Shown in pieces: positions 13,189 to 21,712 of a stretch of 64,000 nucleotides of DNA. The position numbers were made by a program, and so were the translations under genes. The stretch comes from an uncultured Chloroflexia bacterium (GTDB lineage: Bacteria; Chloroflexota; Anaerolineae; JAAYZQ01). The stretch is from contig CAVOXA010000001.1 of assembly GCA_963700285.1 (NCBI GenBank), positions 544,001-608,000 of the forward strand. The letters run 5' to 3'. The notes below the pieces were generated by a model that did not search any database, was not told where the DNA came from, and was given only the letters and a program-made list of their open reading frames with translations. Each line of letters begins with the position of its first letter. Within the stretch, counting starts at the first letter, position 1.

Positions 13189-13701
13189 CTTGCCCCTCCT
13201 TGGTTCCTGGGTTGCTCATCACTCTCCCAATACCAAGGTAGGGGCTTTTTTCACACTGTCCGCAGAGTTGCCAATCTGGATGTCACGGGTAATCAGGTTT
13301 GTCGCTCGCGGCCGACTTGTTTGACTTTCTGCTGCGAAGCACCTTAAGGTCAGGCCTGGATGTCACCGACCAGGCCGAGTAACTGGTTCATACGATCCTC
13401 GGTACGGGCCGGCGCATCATTGAGCTGTGGATCCCCCTCGTGCTCCAGATACCTTGGCGCAGCCACCAGCGATCTCGAGGCTGTGACAGGGGACCTGAGT
13501 CCGTGCACCAGCATTGTAGCCAGGTAACGTCTCTGGCTTGTCTCGTTCGATACAGGGTCCAGAAAAGCCCGGGATCATCTGGAAATTGACCGCGCTGTTT
13601 GGTTCCACGATGCACGTGCATTTCTGCTTGCGTGACTTGACATGGCACAGTCCCTGGTGTAGAATACATTCATCTATTGGAATATTCAGGAAGGAGCATG
13701 A

Positions 13702-14073
13702 ATGACAGGCGCCGCAAATGGTTTCAAGGCCCAAGCCCAGCTTTTCCGGGCGCTCTCGCACCCGGTGCGGCTGCGTATCTTGGACATCTTGGCTCACCAG
13801 GAAGCCTGCGTCTGTCACCTGACGTGCATCCTAGGCCAGCGTCAGCCCTACGTCTCGCAACAGTTGGCCACCCTCAGAGATGCCGGCCTGGTGGCCGATC
13901 GCCGCGAGGGCACCTTGATCTACTACCGGCTCGCCGACGATCACCTGGCTAGACTGCTCGACGCGAGCAGGACGGTGGTTCGAAATCTTGACGGAGATGG
14001 CCTGGTTTTTCCGGTGGCTCCAGAAGTGGCCCTGGAGAACTGCCCCTGTCCGCGCTGCCAGGGCGAGGGCTAA
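13702..14073 (+). CDS. ArsR/SmtB-family metalloregulator
   Basis: FRALSHPVRLRIL, CVCHL, SQQLATLRDAGLV; C-terminal CPCPRC. Confidence 0.9.
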   Translation: MTGAANGFKAQAQLFRALSHPVRLRILDILAHQEACVCHLTCILGQRQPYVSQQLATLRDAGLVADRREGTLIYYRLADDHLARLLDASRTVVRNLDGDGLVFPVAPEVALENCPCPRCQGEG

Positions 14074-14151
14074 CTCGTTCCATTATTCGGGTAGATCCTC
14101 AATCCTGTGAATCTGCGGGTGAACAGCTGGCAGAGACCGATGGAGGTCGAT

Positions 14152-15648
14152 ATGTCTATCGCGGAATGGATCATCACCCTGCTGCAGTCGGGAGTCAGCA
14201 GCCTGGCATCCTACCTGGCTGCGCACGTTCTGCTCTGCCTGGTACCCGCCTTTTTCATCGCCGGGGCCATGACGGCGCTGGTTCCCAAGGAGGCCATCAC
14301 ACGCTACCTGGGCCGCAACGCCTCGCCGTGGGTCTCCTATCCCATGGCCGCTGCGGGGGGCTTTGTCCTGGCCGTTTGCTCCTGTACGATCCTGCCTCTC
14401 TTTGCCAGCATCTATGCCCAGGGCGCCGGGCTGGGACCGGCCATCACCTTCCTGTTTGTCGGGCCGGCCATCAACATCCTGGCCGTCAGCTACACCGGTG
14501 TGGCCCTAGGTATGGATATCGCCATCGCCCGCATTGTCCTCTCACTGGTGTTTGGCATCGGCATCGGCTTGATCATGGCCTTCCTCTACCGCCGCGATGA
14601 ACAGGCTCGAACTGAGGCGTTGGGACAGAGCAAGGTAGCTGCCGGTCAAGCCTTTGCGGCCAGCGCCAGTATCAAGGGTGCGATCCTTATCTTCTTGTTG
14701 TTGCTTCTGTCGGCCCTGATCGTCGGTACACTGCGGGTGGATCTCCTGACCGGTACCTACAGCCAGGTCAACCTGCCTTTGGCTAATGCTGACGGCTGGC
14801 AAGTTGCCCTGGACCGGCTGGTGCCCTACGACGCCAGTCAGGGACAGGAGGGGGTTTCGGTCCATGGCCTGTTTCTCATCGGCCTGCTGGGCCTCATCGG
14901 CGTGGCGTCCTGGTTGGGGCTGAACAACATCGACGAGGGGTTCCACGCCTGGTCTTGGGTGGCGCTGGGCCTCATCGTGCTGACCCTCCTGGTGGCGGCG
15001 TTGCAGATCACGGTCACGGCCAGTGGCGTTCAGATCAATATCACCGGCCGGTTTGTTGCCGAAGTGATCGTCATCGGCGCCGTGGTGTTAGTCGCCTGGA
15101 AAGGGCTGGACGAGTTCGAGGTACAGGAATGGTTGTGGGAGACGTGGCGATTTGTAAAGCAGATCTTCCCTTTGCTCATCGTGGGCGTCTTTTTGGCTGG
15201 CATGGTGCGGGTGTTGATCCCGCCCCAGTTGATCGAGACCATTGCCGGGGAGAATACCCTGCTGGCCAACCTGGCCGGCGTGCTCTTTGGCGTGTTCATG
15301 TACTTTCCCACGCTGGTCGAGGTGCCCATCGCCAGGATGTTCCTGGAGCTGGGCATGCACCGCGGGCCGTTATTGGCCTATCTGATCGCCGACCCGGCGT
15401 TGAGTATCCAAAGTATCCTGATTACGGCCAAGGTCATTGGCAAAGCCAAAACTTGGATCTATGTTGGCCTGGTGACGGTATTTGCCACAACGGCTGGCTT
15501 GCTCTACGGGGCCTGGGTGGATGGGGCCAGCCTGTGGCTGATCCTCGCGGCCCTGGCAGTTTTTCTGGGCCTTTTGGTTCTGGCGCTGTGGCTGGTTGGC
15601 CGCCGTACGAACCGTGCCCCGGTCCCGGCCAAGACAGCGCAGACGTAG
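14152..15648 (+). CDS. ArsP/DUF318-family permease
   Basis: HVLLCLVPAFFIAGA, LAVCSCTILPLF, FLFVGPAINILA, FMYFPTLVEVP, GPLLAYL. Confidence 0.88.
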   Translation: MSIAEWIITLLQSGVSSLASYLAAHVLLCLVPAFFIAGAMTALVPKEAITRYLGRNASPWVSYPMAAAGGFVLAVCSCTILPLFASIYAQGAGLGPAITFLFVGPAINILAVSYTGVALGMDIAIARIVLSLVFGIGIGLIMAFLYRRDEQARTEALGQSKVAAGQAFAASASIKGAILIFLLLLLSALIVGTLRVDLLTGTYSQVNLPLANADGWQVALDRLVPYDASQGQEGVSVHGLFLIGLLGLIGVASWLGLNNIDEGFHAWSWVALGLIVLTLLVAALQITVTASGVQINITGRFVAEVIVIGAVVLVAWKGLDEFEVQEWLWETWRFVKQIFPLLIVGVFLAGMVRVLIPPQLIETIAGENTLLANLAGVLFGVFMYFPTLVEVPIARMFLELGMHRGPLLAYLIADPALSIQSILITAKVIGKAKTWIYVGLVTVFATTAGLLYGAWVDGASLWLILAALAVFLGLLVLALWLVGRRTNRAPVPAKTAQT

Positions 15649-15712
15649 ACCAGACTGGATCTTGAGGTACCAGCATTCATATGCTGAGCTTTATACTGGA
15701 AGGAGAGTTTGT

Positions 15713-15983
15713 CATGGAAGTCAAGGTTCTGGGCACGGGCTGCCCCAACTGCAAACGGCTGGAAAAGGTCACGCGCCAGGCTCTGGATGAGCTGGGCGTC
15801 GAGGCTTCGGTCACCAAGGTGACCGATTTCGGCGAGATCATGACCTACGATATCCTGTCGACGCCAGGCTTGGTCATCGATGGAACTGTGGTTTCTTCAG
15901 GACGGGTACCCAGCAAGGCCGAGGTGGCTTCCCTGATCACTGCGGCCCTGCCGCCGGCCGGGGAGCAAATTCACCGAAGCTAA
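15713..15983 (+). CDS. small thioredoxin-like redox protein (MTH895/ArsE type)
   Basis: [17 protein letters not shown]...TPGLVIDG...GRVP. Confidence 0.88.
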
Positions 15984-15995
15984 AGGAGGCGACAA

Positions 15996-16253
15996 ATGTT
16001 GCAGATCAAGGTCTTTGGCACCACGCCGCCCTGCGCCAACTGCAAGCGGGCGGAGAGAGAGGCCCGCAAGGCGGCCGAGAAATTTCCCGGCCAGGTGGAG
16101 GTCGTGCACCTGGACGCGCTGGGATCGGAGGCCCAACGGTACGGGCTGATGGTGACGCCCGTCGTCGTCATCGGTGACGAGGTGGTCAGTAGCGGCAAGG
16201 TCGTACCGGCCCCCAGGCTGATACCCATGGTCGAGCAAGCATTGCAGAACTAA
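15996..16253 (+). CDS. small thioredoxin-like protein
   Basis: PPCANC...TPVVVIGDEVVSSGKV; RBS AGGAGG. Confidence 0.85.
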   Translation: MLQIKVFGTTPPCANCKRAEREARKAAEKFPGQVEVVHLDALGSEAQRYGLMVTPVVVIGDEVVSSGKVVPAPRLIPMVEQALQN

Positions 16254-16268
16254 TCAAGGAGGCAAAAC

Positions 16269-16538
16269 ATGGTCAATCTGGAGATATTCAGCGGCGACCC
16301 ACCCTGCCCGGGCTGCGTCGCCATCATCGATCTGGCCGAGAAGGTGGCGGCCAGGTATCCCGGCGAGCTGGCGTTGAGCATCTTGAAAGGCCAAGACGCC
16401 ATGGAAAAGTTTGAAGCTTATAAACTCTTCTGCGTGCCGGCGGCCGTCGTCAATGGCTCCATCCGCATCGAGGGCATGTGCCCCAGCGAAGCGACTCTGA
16501 ACAACGCACTGCGGGAGGGGGGACTATGCTTAAAGTAA
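16269..16538 (+). CDS. small thioredoxin-like protein
   Basis: PPCPGC...FCVPAAVVNG...GMCPS; RBS AGGAGG. Confidence 0.8.
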   Translation: MVNLEIFSGDPPCPGCVAIIDLAEKVAARYPGELALSILKGQDAMEKFEAYKLFCVPAAVVNGSIRIEGMCPSEATLNNALREGGLCLK

Positions 16539-16792
16539 AGATGGAGGCTTTTGTGTCGATCCCACCCTGCTCCGGCGGGGTGGCCCTGAAACGGTTGCTG
16601 AAAGAGATCGAGTCGGAATTCGGCGAGCAGGTGGAGGTCGTCTTTCACACCGGCCCGGGCGATCCCGAGTGGGACGAGTATGCCATCAACAACGCCCCGG
16701 CCCTGGTCGTGGGCGACCTGGTCAAGTTCGTGGGACTGGCCCCCAGCAAGGCCAGCCTGGTCGGCGCCCTGCGCGAGGCAGGTCTAGAGTAG
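16526..16792 (+). CDS. thioredoxin-fold protein (monothiol CSGG)
   Basis: PPCSGG...APALVVGD..KFVG.APS; start overlaps the preceding gene. Confidence 0.72.
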   Translation: MLKVKMEAFVSIPPCSGGVALKRLLKEIESEFGEQVEVVFHTGPGDPEWDEYAINNAPALVVGDLVKFVGLAPSKASLVGALREAGLE

Positions 16793-17179
16793 GCGGAGAT
16801 TTTCACCTCTCGGCTGGACCGTCCGGCAGGATGAACCCCGGGCGGTCCTTTCCCCGTCACCGTACCGGACTGCCAGCCAGCCAGCCTCGTAAGAACAAGG
16901 GGACTGATTCCGAATGCATGATCTTGTCTGTTATTGTTTTGGGTTTTCGACTGCGGATATCCGGGAGGATGTCAGGGCAAACGACGGCGAATCGACCATC
17001 CTGGCCAAGATAACGGCGGAAAAGAAGGCGGGCACCTGTCGCTGCGCGACGGTGCATCCAGAGGGGCGCTGATGCCTGGCTGATGTCCGCCGTGTCGCGG
17101 ACGAAACGATGGCAGAGTTGTAGGGTACAATCGATCTGGCTGCTGTAGGCTGGGGTGGGGACCTATGCAATGCTCCAGG

Positions 17180-18701
17180 CTAAGGAGCCAGCAGCTTGTC
17201 AAACTCGTATCGCCTGGCCACAGTCTGGAGTTCGGGGGCCAGTTGATTCAGCGTCCGCTTGAAGGACTGGCGGGCGTTCTCACGTCCAAATCGCCGGCTG
17301 ACCACGTCCAGTTGAGCCAGCAGGAAGGCGCGGTACATCTCTACCAATCCGTCGGTTTTCAGCCGAGGATCAGCCTGGTCCTCGATCCGACCCTGGTTGA
17401 TGCACAGGGGCAGACCGTCAGTGAGCCGATTCACTTCCTGTTCGCAAGAACGATCATCGGGTGCGTTTCGCCAGGCGACGGTGCTGCTGCACATAAGCTC
17501 TGCGATCTCGCGAAAGACGCGGCGCAAGCGGATCTTGTCCAGGTCTGCGGTGCGTACCACGCCCACAGCCGCCAGACAGTAGAAGGCCCGGCTGGCCTCA
17601 AAGACAGTCATGCCCAGTTCGCGGGCGATGCTGGCCACATCCTTTACGCCGTCGAGGGATTCCAGGATCTGCTGCTCGGTGGGTGTGAGCGTCAGCCCTT
17701 CCACGCCCTCAGGGGCCATACCCAGCTCAAAGATAGCGTCGGCCGAGGATACCAGGCGCTGGATGATGGTCCAGTTGTCCACCCAGCGGCAGCCACACAG
17801 GATCAGGTCCTCGGCGCTGAGCGTCAGGGGCACGCACCATTCCTCGGATGCCATCTCCTGGTCAAAGGTGAACTTGCCCTCCTGCCAGCGGAACAGGTCG
17901 CACAGGCCCTCGATCACCTGTTCTGGCGCCGGTGGGGGAGTCGCCGGCTCGTCCTTGCGGTGGGACGTGGCGCAGACCGGCTGGCCTTCCTGGAAGGTCA
18001 GGGTACGAACCAGTATGCCATCGGTGACGGTTAGCCTGCCGCTGTGCTGGCCCGAGACGATAAGGCGGATCAGATCGGGCAGGTGATAGAGGCGCAGATC
18101 ACCACTCAGGATCATGAGCCCACGCTGTTCGTCCGTTCGGGCATCATCCGCCTGGCCCTTCCCCTGGATACTGCGGATCACATCGGCCAGCCACTCTTGC
18201 TCCATCTCCAGAAAGCGGCGCTTGTGATCCAGGATGGCAAGTTTCAGAGGGGACCGGCCATGTGCTCGTTCTTCCACCAGAGCGGCCAGCAGGTCCCCAT
18301 CTTGCTGGACCAGGAATGCCTGGTGCTGCTCCAGCAGATCGATGGCTCGCTGCAGGGGAAGTTTGTTCAGCAAGTAGATGACCACGTCATAGTCCAGGTG
18401 AGGGCTTGTCCTGGCTGACCGCCTGCTCCTCCATGGCCGCGAAAAAAGCGGCCCGGCCATCTTCGGTCAGACGATAGATCGACTTGCGGGCGCTGCGCCC
18501 TCCCCGCTGGCGCGATTCTGCCACCAAGCCCTGATCCCGCAGCTTGCCCAGGGAATAGTACACGCCGGCCATGCTGACGTTGAACCAGCCGTCAATCCCC
18601 TCGGCCTGGATCTGCTGGAAAAGCTCGTAGCCGTGCATCGGCCGGTCCAGCAGCAGGCCCAGGAGCAATAGATCGATTTTGGTCGCGGATAGTGCGCTCA
18701 T
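17180..18701 (-). CDS. PadR-DUF4388 fusion regulator, paralog 2 (frameshift ~18400)
   Basis: PadR wHTH in 18387-18701, remainder in 17180-18460; highly similar to 8761-10284. Confidence 0.85.
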
Positions 18702-18773
18702 ACCTGTTCGTGCCCCTTCATGTTAAGATCAGTATATCAGAGAACGGGCGAAAGGTCAAACACTCTCATATTT

Positions 18774-18843
18774 TTGACAAGCATTGGAGGCTATGTTATA
18801 ATCCAGCCCGAGTCAGAATCAATAGAGTATTCAGGATTGAGTA
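18774..18843 (+). promoter_or_regulatory. consensus sigma70 promoter plus palindromic operator (site 2)
   Basis: TTGACA 18774-18779, 17 bp, TG-n-TATAAT 18797-18802; operator TATTCAG-GA-TTGAGTA 18828-18843. Confidence 0.82.
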
Positions 18844-18949
18844 TTGTGCCTTTTTCAGAGGCAAGTACCGGCAGTTGCCGGCTGTACGAACGTCCCAATC
18901 CCATTCGAGATCGAAAAAAGCAAGAAAAAAAAGAAGGAGACAAAGAACC

Positions 18950-20110
18950 ATGAAAAAGCTCGCAGTATTGAACCTCGTTTTGGCCCTCAGCTTGCTGCTG
19001 GGGTCCGCCGCCTTGGCCCAGGAGCCTGAGGGTGACTTTGGCGTTATCCAGCGCACCCTGGACGCCGCCCTGGACGGTTGGAGCCCGGTCATCGGCGCCG
19101 ACGCCCTGTTCGAGAATCTGAACGACGGCGATACCTCCAATGACCCCTTTATCGTCAGCGTCCGCGCTCCCGATGACTACGCGTTGGGCCACATTCCCGG
19201 CGCCATCAACATTCCCTGGAAGACCATCGCCAAGCCCGAGAGCCTGGCCCAGCTGCCCACCGACAAGCCGATCGTGGTCTATTGCTACACCGGCCACACC
19301 GGCCAGCTTTCGGCCACCATCCTGAAGGCCCTGGGCTACGACGTCCAGAACCTCAAGTTCGGCATGATGGGCTGGACCCAGAATGACAAAGTACTGGCGA
19401 CGACACGCTTTGGCCCCGACACCGATCAGCGCGACTACCCGACGGAGACCGAGGCCAACGAGGCCACCGAGACCTATGCCTATCCCGAAGTCGCCACCGG
19501 CGAGGAAGATGCCTTTGAGATCGTGCGCGTCGCCGCCGATACCTGGATCAACTCTGATGCATCGCCCATCGTCTCGGCTGACTCGGTCTTTGACGTCCTG
19601 AACGACGGCGACGACAGCAATGACCCGTTCATCGTCAGCGTCCGCGCACCCGACGACTATGCCCTGGGTCATATCCCTGGCGCCATCAACATCCCCTGGG
19701 CGGCGATTGCCAAGCCTGAGAACCTGGCCAAGTTGCCGGCTGACAAGCCAATCCGTACCTACTGCTACACAGGCCACACCGGTCAGGTGGCGGGCACGGC
19801 TCTGGGCCTGCTGGGTTACGATGTCGCCAACATAAAGTACGGCATGATGGCCTGGACCGAGGATGACGAAGTGCTGGCCACGGCCCGCTACAATCCCGAG
19901 ACTTCGCCCGATTACACCATCGAGGGTACGGCCGCTGAGGCACCTGCCGCCGAAGAGGTAGTCGCCGAAGAGACTGCAGCCGAAGAAACAGCCCCCGCGA
20001 CCGTGCCTGAGACCGGTGGCGCTGCCTTCCCGGTCGAAGGTCTGCTGCTGGGCTTTGGTACGCTGACCGCTGCCGCTGGTCTGTACCTGCGCCGGCGCAA
20101 CGCAGCCTAA
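18950..20110 (+). CDS. secreted tandem-rhodanese sulfurtransferase with LPXTG-like (VPETG) sortase anchor
   Basis: Signal peptide MKKLAVLNLVLALSLLLGSAALA; two GHIPGAINIPW...YCYTGHT domains; tail VPETGG, hydrophobic stretch, LRRR. Confidence 0.9.
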   Translation: MKKLAVLNLVLALSLLLGSAALAQEPEGDFGVIQRTLDAALDGWSPVIGADALFENLNDGDTSNDPFIVSVRAPDDYALGHIPGAINIPWKTIAKPESLAQLPTDKPIVVYCYTGHTGQLSATILKALGYDVQNLKFGMMGWTQNDKVLATTRFGPDTDQRDYPTETEANEATETYAYPEVATGEEDAFEIVRVAADTWINSDASPIVSADSVFDVLNDGDDSNDPFIVSVRAPDDYALGHIPGAINIPWAAIAKPENLAKLPADKPIRTYCYTGHTGQVAGTALGLLGYDVANIKYGMMAWTEDDEVLATARYNPETSPDYTIEGTAAEAPAAEEVVAEETAAEETAPATVPETGGAAFPVEGLLLGFGTLTAAAGLYLRRRNAA

Positions 20111-20199
20111 GCTCTACTAGTGTTTTCGCGCTCGGGTGGGTGCTGCTGCATGCGGCACTCACCCGTTTGCTATGTGACAAAGAAGGGAGCAACCAGAAG

Positions 20200-21300
20200 A
20201 TGAAAAAGCTCTCAGTATTGAGTTTCGTGTTGGTCCTCAGCCTGTTGTTGGGTACGGTGGCCTGGGCCGCCGATGACATCCTGGCGGCCGCGGACGACTA
20301 TTTCAGCGGCGGTACCAAGAATATCTCTGCCAGCGATCTCTTTGACAACCTGAACGACGGCGACGATATCAACGACCCCTATGTCATCAGCGTTCGCAGC
20401 CAGGAAGACTATGATAAGGGCCACATCCCGGGAGCGGTCCACATGGACCCCAAGACCATGTTCACCGCGGAGAGCTTGGCCACCCTGCCCACCGACAAGC
20501 AGATCGTCGTCTATTGCTATACCGGCCAGACTTCCAGCCAGGTCGTGTCGGCCCTCAACATGCTGGGCTACGACGCTTACAGTATGCTCTTTGGCTTTTG
20601 CGCCTGGAATTCGGACCCCAATGCTGGCGGCAAGTGCTTTAGTGACAGCATGGGCAGCGATTATCCGACCACGACCGATCCCACCGCCGTGGCCATGATC
20701 GCTTATCCACCGGCCACTCCGCTGGCCGACACCACCCAGGCCGCGGCCGATGCCTATTTCAACAACGGTACCAAGAACATCAAAGCATCTGACCTGTTCG
20801 ACAACCTGAATGATGGGGACAGCAGCAACGATCCCTGGATCATCAGCGTTCGCTCGGCGGAGGACTATGAGAAGGGCCACATTCCCGGTGCTGTCTGGGA
20901 AGATTACAAAACTATGTTCGGCCAGGATGGCCTGATATCCATTCCGCCCGAGAAGCTGATCGTCGTCTACTGCTACACCGGCCAGACCGCCAGCCAGGTC
21001 ACCTCGGCCCTCAACATGCTGGGCTACGATGCCTCCAACCTGCTGTTTGGCATGCAGGGCTGGACGATGGACAAGGACGTGCGGGCCAAGTTCTTTGACC
21101 CCGAGACACAGCTCAACGAGTATCCCTACGAGGGAACCGCGGCTGAAGGCGCCGCGGAAGAGACCAGCACCGAATCTGTTCAGCCTGAGACCGTGCCCGA
21201 GACCGGTAGCGCGGCGCCGCCGGTGGACGGTATCCTGCTCGGCTTTGGTGCGCTCACTGCTGCCGCAGGCCTGTACCTGCGCCGGCGCAAGGCAGTGTAG
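20200..21300 (+). CDS. secreted tandem-rhodanese with VPETG sortase anchor (paralog 2)
   Basis: Signal peptide MKKLSVLSFVLVLSLLLGTVAWA; two GHIPGA...YCYTGQT domains; tail VPETGS...GLYLRRRKAV. Confidence 0.9.
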   Translation: MKKLSVLSFVLVLSLLLGTVAWAADDILAAADDYFSGGTKNISASDLFDNLNDGDDINDPYVISVRSQEDYDKGHIPGAVHMDPKTMFTAESLATLPTDKQIVVYCYTGQTSSQVVSALNMLGYDAYSMLFGFCAWNSDPNAGGKCFSDSMGSDYPTTTDPTAVAMIAYPPATPLADTTQAAADAYFNNGTKNIKASDLFDNLNDGDSSNDPWIISVRSAEDYEKGHIPGAVWEDYKTMFGQDGLISIPPEKLIVVYCYTGQTASQVTSALNMLGYDASNLLFGMQGWTMDKDVRAKFFDPETQLNEYPYEGTAAEGAAEETSTESVQPETVPETGSAAPPVDGILLGFGALTAAAGLYLRRRKAV

Positions 21301-21373
21301 AGCGTTACACCTGGATTTCTGCCTCATCCTCGCGGGCGCAGCCCAGGGCTGCGCCCGCTTGCTCTCCCATCTC

Positions 21374-21561
21374 TAGGGCTGCTGCATTGTCCCTTGACAT
21401 GCACTGCCAGTCAGATCTGTCATTGCGAGACGCGCTGTTTGCGCCGTGGCAATCCCCAGGGCACAAGTGGAGATCGCTTTCCCTCGGCAGGCCCTTCGCG
21501 GACTCAGGACATGCTCGGGACAGGCGCTGACGCTCGCGATGACGACTTTGCAACAGCCGTA
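21374..21561. mobile_element. 188-bp MITE with ISAs1-like ends
   Basis: Imperfect 18-bp TIRs (TAGGGCTGCTGCATTGTC / GACTTTGCAACAGCCGTA, 14/18 match); exact 10-bp flanking repeat CTCCCATCTC (21364-21373, 21562-21571); internal palindrome GTCATTGCGAG...CTCGCGATGAC. Confidence 0.78.
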
Positions 21562-21580
21562 CTCCCATCTCTTCAGAGAC

Positions 21581-21609
21581 TTGACGGATCAGGCATGCTG
21601 TGATAGAAT
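21581..21609 (+). promoter_or_regulatory. sigma70-type promoter
   Basis: TTGACG, 17 bp, TG-n-TAGAAT upstream of the second Sec-cytochrome. Confidence 0.55.
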
Positions 21610-21712
21610 TCACACGAGACCTCTGCGCCAGCGGCTGGCACATCCAGCGAGCATCGGGCTCTGCCGGGGTTTGCTGACCAACAAGTCGCTGAGTATATCC
21701 GGAGAAAGGCTT

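Noticed and set aside
11982-13400. Precise TIR/TSD boundaries for the ISAs1 element
   Set aside because: One plausible end at ~12004, but no convincing matching upstream end or target duplication was found by eye.
15713-16792. Selenocysteine in the thioredoxin-like proteins
   Set aside because: All active-site positions are TGC codons and the genes end in TAA/TAG; no in-frame TGA.
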